From: Verrucomicrobiota bacterium | GTDB lineage: Bacteria > Verrucomicrobiota > Verrucomicrobiia > Limisphaerales > Palsa-1400 | Assembly (NCBI GenBank): GCA_049513975.1 | Contig: JBEKVM010000005.1 | Coordinates: forward strand, 6,991-70,990 | Length of the DNA: 64,000 nucleotides | Direction: 5' to 3' | Shown here: positions 60,387 through 64,000 of the stretch, piece by piece | How positions within the stretch are numbered: the stretch's first letter is position 1 | Layout: every line of letters begins with the position of its first letter | Program-made: the position numbers and the translations under genes | Notes under the pieces: generated by a model | Seen by the model: only the letters and a program-made list of their open reading frames with translations | Databases searched by the model: none | What the model was told of the DNA's origin: nothing

Positions 60387-63300
60387 ATGCGCCCGGAACA
60401 GACCAATTTGTCCATCACGATGCGCGCCGCCGGGGCGCGCCTGAAATGGTCGCTCCTCCTGGTGGGCGTGTGCGGGTGGCTGGCGGTCTGCTTGGGAGTG
60501 TTGCTGCTGCTGTTTATATTTGACGATTTGTTCAGCCTGCCCGCCGGCCTGCGCCTGCCGCTGGCGCTGGGCGGGGCTTTGTTGTGCGGTGTTTTATTCT
60601 TTCAAAAGGTGCTGCGCGTCGCCTGGCGCCGGCAGACGCCCGAACGCACCGCCCTCATGCTCGAAGCCCGCTATGGCATCCGCGACAACCTCCTCATCAA
60701 CTCGGTTCAGTTCCAGCGCCAGTCCTTCAGCCCGCAAGAGCGGCCCTTCGCCGCGCGCACCCTGGACGCTTCCGAGCGTCTCGCCGGCGGCCTGCGCGTG
60801 GGCGAGCTTTGGGACTGGCCCCGGCTGCGGGCCTGGGGCGGCGCGGCCCTGGCCGTCGTGCTGATTTGGGCGGCGGTCATCGCCTTCTTTCCCCGCCAGT
60901 TCGGCGCCGCCGCCGCGCGCTACGCCCTGCCTCTGAGCGATGTCCCGCCCCCGGGTGACTGTGTGCTCAAACTCACCCCGGACCTTGATCTCACCGTCGC
61001 CGAAGGCGAGAACCTCGATGTCAGCGTCGCCTTGGAACAATCCTCCAACTCCGCCCCGCTCGCGCCGCCCTTGATTGCCTGGCGGGAAAAATCCGATTTC
61101 GTTCAACCGGCGCAAAGTGGCGGCGAACATTCCGTGATGGAGCCGCTGGCGCCGTCCGAGGGACAACCGCCCCCGCCGGGCAAATATGTTCACGCCTTTG
61201 CCAACATCCAGACGCCTTTCGCCTTCCGCGTCTTCGCCGGCGATACCTTCACCCGCAGCGTCGCCGTCAAAGTATTGCCCGCGCCCCGCCTCCAGGATGC
61301 CGCCTTCCGCGTCACCCCGCCCGCCTACACCGGGCTGAAGCCGCAAACCCTCTCCGGCCCGCCCGCTCCGCTCGCCGTCCTGGCCGGTTCCCAGGTGGAA
61401 ATCTCCTTCACCATTCAGCCGCCCGTGCAGTCGGTGATCTGGAACCTCGGCGGCAATTCGCTCGCCTTCGACGGAAACAGTTCCCATTGGAAGGCGCTGG
61501 CCGCCGTCACCAACTCAGGCGCCTACGAAATTCAGGCCGCCTATCAACTCGGCGGCAAGTCCCTGGCCATCGCCCGCGGCAGCGTCCAAATCATTCCGGA
61601 CAATCCGCCCCAAGTTGATTTTGTCACCGAGGACCGCAACCGCCTCTTGCAGTTCGGACAGTCCCTCAAGCTCGACATCCAGGCCAGCGATGATTTCGGC
61701 CTCGCCGACCTTTCCGTGGTCGCGCGGCCGACGGATAAGGAAGAGCCGGGCCGCGTCCTCAAACGCTGGACCTATCTCGGTCCCCCCGGCAATCCGGGGC
61801 CGCTCCGCGAGTCCTTCTCCCTCCTCATGGACCCTGGTCTGTTCGAGTCCGGCGCCTCCTATTATCTGGAAGCCCTGGCCAATGATTTCCGCCCCGGCGG
61901 CGCTCCCTCGCGTTCCCGGCCCATTGTCTTGCGCCTGAAATCCGCCGATGACCTCGCCTTGCGCGACGACGATCCGCTCCGCCTCGCTTTCGAGGCGCTC
62001 AAGCGCGCCGTGGCGTCGCAAGAAAAGGCCAACCGCCTGGCCGCCAACCTCCACACCTACCTCCAGGACGTCCTCCAAAAAAGGACCCTGGCCGGCCAGG
62101 TCGCCGCTTTGAGCGCGCCCCAAAACGAAGCCCGCAATATCGGCGCCGAAGCCGCCTCTCTCTTTAGCCAGCAAGCCGAAGGCAAGCCTTACGCTGAAAC
62201 TTTGTCCACGCTGGTCAATCACGACATGGCCGCGGTCCAGGATGACCTGCGTTCCCTCACTTCCGCCGCTCAGAGCGGACTGCCCGGCCTGCTCGCCGGA
62301 CTGGAAACACGCCAGGCGCAGATTCTCACCCGTTTGATCAGTTTGTTGGGCCAGATCGCCGACGCCCGAACCACCCCGCTCAACCCCGTCGCCGACGGCA
62401 AAAACTCCAATCAACCCCCGGCCACGGGCGAGGCCAAGGCCCGCGCATGGCTGGATGAGATGAAGAATTTCGTGGCGGAGGAGGAGCGCATTCTCGAAAA
62501 AAGCCGCACTCTGGCGGACAAGGGGCCTGAGGATTTGACCCAGGCCGACCAGGCCGTTCTCGGCGAATTGTCCCGCGAAGAGGACAAGTGGGCCAAGTTC
62601 CTCGAGGAAAAACTCACCGATTTCAGCAAACTGCCCCAGCAGGACTTCGCCGATTCCACCATGGCGCATGACGCCAACTCCGTCTTCCAGGAGGTGCAGG
62701 AGGCCGCCGACGCCTTGACCCAAAAGCATGTCGAACTGGCCGTGCCCCACGAACAATCGGGCCTGGAAAACGCCAAGGAATTCGTCAACAACCTCGAACG
62801 CTGGCTCCCAGACGCCCCCGACAACATCAAGTGGAGCATGGAGGAACCTCTCACTCCGACGGACATCGCCCTGGCCGAGTTGCCCAAGGACCTCGAAGAT
62901 ATTGTCGGCGAATTGCTTGACAAGGAGGAGAAAATGACACCCGACGTCGAAGACGTCACCAGTTCCTGGATGGACAACCTCGACAAGGGCGCCGGCTGGG
63001 GCGCGGGCGACGGGCCTATTTCCGACATGAGCGCCAAGGGCGTCACCGGCAATCTCCTCCCCAACCAGAATGAAGTCGGCGGTCGCTCCGGCGAAGGCCG
63101 CACCGGCCGCAGTCACGGCCAGATGGTGGGCGACACCGCTGAGGGCAAAGCCGGCCGCGAAACGCCCACCCGTTTGGATCCCGAGCCTTTCGAACAAGGC
63201 AGTGTCAAGGACACCGCCAAAAACGAGGCCGGCGGCGCCACCGGCGGCGGCAAGCTCTCCGGCTTTGGCGCCGAGGGCCTGCGCGGCCCCGCCCCGCCCT

Positions 63301-63683
63301 CCTCCGACCAAAGAATGCCGCGGCTGGCCGATCAGCAGGCCAAAATCCGCCAGCAGGCCGAAGCCCTGGCGCTGCAATTGCGCCGCTATCACCTCTCCGG
63401 CGGCGAACTGGAAACCTCGGTCAACGCCATGAACCGCGTCGAACAAGCCGCGCGCAAGGATGACGGCTTGGGCGTGCGCCGCGCTTTCAGCCAGGCCGTC
63501 AGCGCCCTCGGCGCCGCCAAGGACACCGTGCAAAGCCAGGTCGCCGTGCGGCGCGAGCAGGACAAGCTCCCGCCGTGGGTGCGCGAGCAAATGCGCGTCG
63601 GCGTCCAGGACGGCGTCCCCAAAGGCTACGAAGAAATGGTCGCCGAATACTACCGCGCCCTGGCCGAAGGAAGAAGCCAATGA
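60387..63683 (+). CDS. Large membrane-anchored coiled-coil protein (DUF4175-like)
   Basis: Three N-terminal TMs; PPAYTG; DNPPQV, ASDDFGL; coiled coils; Gly-rich tail; PKGYEEMVAEYYRAL end. Confidence 0.8.
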   Translation: MRPEQTNLSITMRAAGARLKWSLLLVGVCGWLAVCLGVLLLLFIFDDLFSLPAGLRLPLALGGALLCGVLFFQKVLRVAWRRQTPERTALMLEARYGIRDNLLINSVQFQRQSFSPQERPFAARTLDASERLAGGLRVGELWDWPRLRAWGGAALAVVLIWAAVIAFFPRQFGAAAARYALPLSDVPPPGDCVLKLTPDLDLTVAEGENLDVSVALEQSSNSAPLAPPLIAWREKSDFVQPAQSGGEHSVMEPLAPSEGQPPPPGKYVHAFANIQTPFAFRVFAGDTFTRSVAVKVLPAPRLQDAAFRVTPPAYTGLKPQTLSGPPAPLAVLAGSQVEISFTIQPPVQSVIWNLGGNSLAFDGNSSHWKALAAVTNSGAYEIQAAYQLGGKSLAIARGSVQIIPDNPPQVDFVTEDRNRLLQFGQSLKLDIQASDDFGLADLSVVARPTDKEEPGRVLKRWTYLGPPGNPGPLRESFSLLMDPGLFESGASYYLEALANDFRPGGAPSRSRPIVLRLKSADDLALRDDDPLRLAFEALKRAVASQEKANRLAANLHTYLQDVLQKRTLAGQVAALSAPQNEARNIGAEAASLFSQQAEGKPYAETLSTLVNHDMAAVQDDLRSLTSAAQSGLPGLLAGLETRQAQILTRLISLLGQIADARTTPLNPVADGKNSNQPPATGEAKARAWLDEMKNFVAEEERILEKSRTLADKGPEDLTQADQAVLGELSREEDKWAKFLEEKLTDFSKLPQQDFADSTMAHDANSVFQEVQEAADALTQKHVELAVPHEQSGLENAKEFVNNLERWLPDAPDNIKWSMEEPLTPTDIALAELPKDLEDIVGELLDKEEKMTPDVEDVTSSWMDNLDKGAGWGAGDGPISDMSAKGVTGNLLPNQNEVGGRSGEGRTGRSHGQMVGDTAEGKAGRETPTRLDPEPFEQGSVKDTAKNEAGGATGGGKLSGFGAEGLRGPAPPSSDQRMPRLADQQAKIRQQAEALALQLRRYHLSGGELETSVNAMNRVEQAARKDDGLGVRRAFSQAVSALGAAKDTVQSQVAVRREQDKLPPWVREQMRVGVQDGVPKGYEEMVAEYYRALAEGRSQ

Positions 63684-63718
63684 CCAATAACCAATTCTCA
63701 ATGACCAATTCTCAATCG
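63679..63718. repeat. Short tandem repeat (CAATGAC/CAATTCT units)
   Basis: CAATGACCAATAACCAATTCTCAATGACCAATTCTCAATCG; reverse-complement relative at about 5614-5647. Confidence 0.6.
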
Positions 63719-63777
63719 AATTTACCGCCCGGTTCCCTCCTTCATTTATCATTTATAATTTAGCATTTATCCTTTCA

Positions 63778-64000
63778 ATGCGCCTTTTTCCCGTCCTTTT
63801 CATCCTATTGTTGACAGCCACCCGCTGCCCCGCCCAGGCTAATTCGGTTTTGCCCCACGGCGATTTCGAGCTGCCCGACGCCCGCGACCCGGCCCGGCCC
63901 GCCGGCTGGGATCGCGTGGACGGCCTGGGCGTGCAATGGACCAAGGCCCCCGACGCCGCCCACGGCAAGGCCATCCGCATGGACACCCGCATCAGTGAGC
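63778..64000 (+). CDS. Exported protein, partial (carbohydrate-binding-like N-terminus)
   Basis: MRLFPVLFILLLTATRCPAQANSVLPHGDFE...PAGWDRVDG; open to the window end. Confidence 0.65.
   Translation, partial: MRLFPVLFILLLTATRCPAQANSVLPHGDFELPDARDPARPAGWDRVDGLGVQWTKAPDAAHGKAIRMDTRISE

Noticed and set aside
63679-63763. CRISPR-like array or small ORF MTNNQFSMTNSQ
   Set aside because: Units are 7-14 bp without spacers and no cas genes are present; it is a short tandem repeat.

Overview
GC-rich bacterial chromosome segment. Gene content and intergenic repeat style suggest Verrucomicrobiota (Pedosphaerales-like); this is inference. In order: a carbohydrate/organic-acid block (partial GHL6-like hydrolase, glycerate kinase, lactate permease, serine hydrolase, Tat-exported TIM-barrel epimerase and Gfo/Idh/MocA oxidoreductase, GH127). 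Most of this block lies between N- and C-terminal remnants of a tyrosine recombinase and abuts a cluster of CAZyme gene scraps. Then dtd, a GNAT-cNMP fusion, a MITE, GH43-CBM6, nusB-PHP-ftsY, an AraC-TpsB-TpsA two-partner secretion locus, tandem M61 peptidases, a second GH127, dprA behind an apparently deleted recQ-like gene, a divergent membrane pyrophosphatase, a BtuF-like protein and an RND pump with PadR. The window ends in a >15 kb MoxR/vWA operon whose AAA+ ATPase carries an N-terminal FHA domain and which is interrupted by a toxin-antitoxin pair. No rRNA, tRNA or CRISPR array was recognised. All family calls come from motif recognition by eye, not from database searches.
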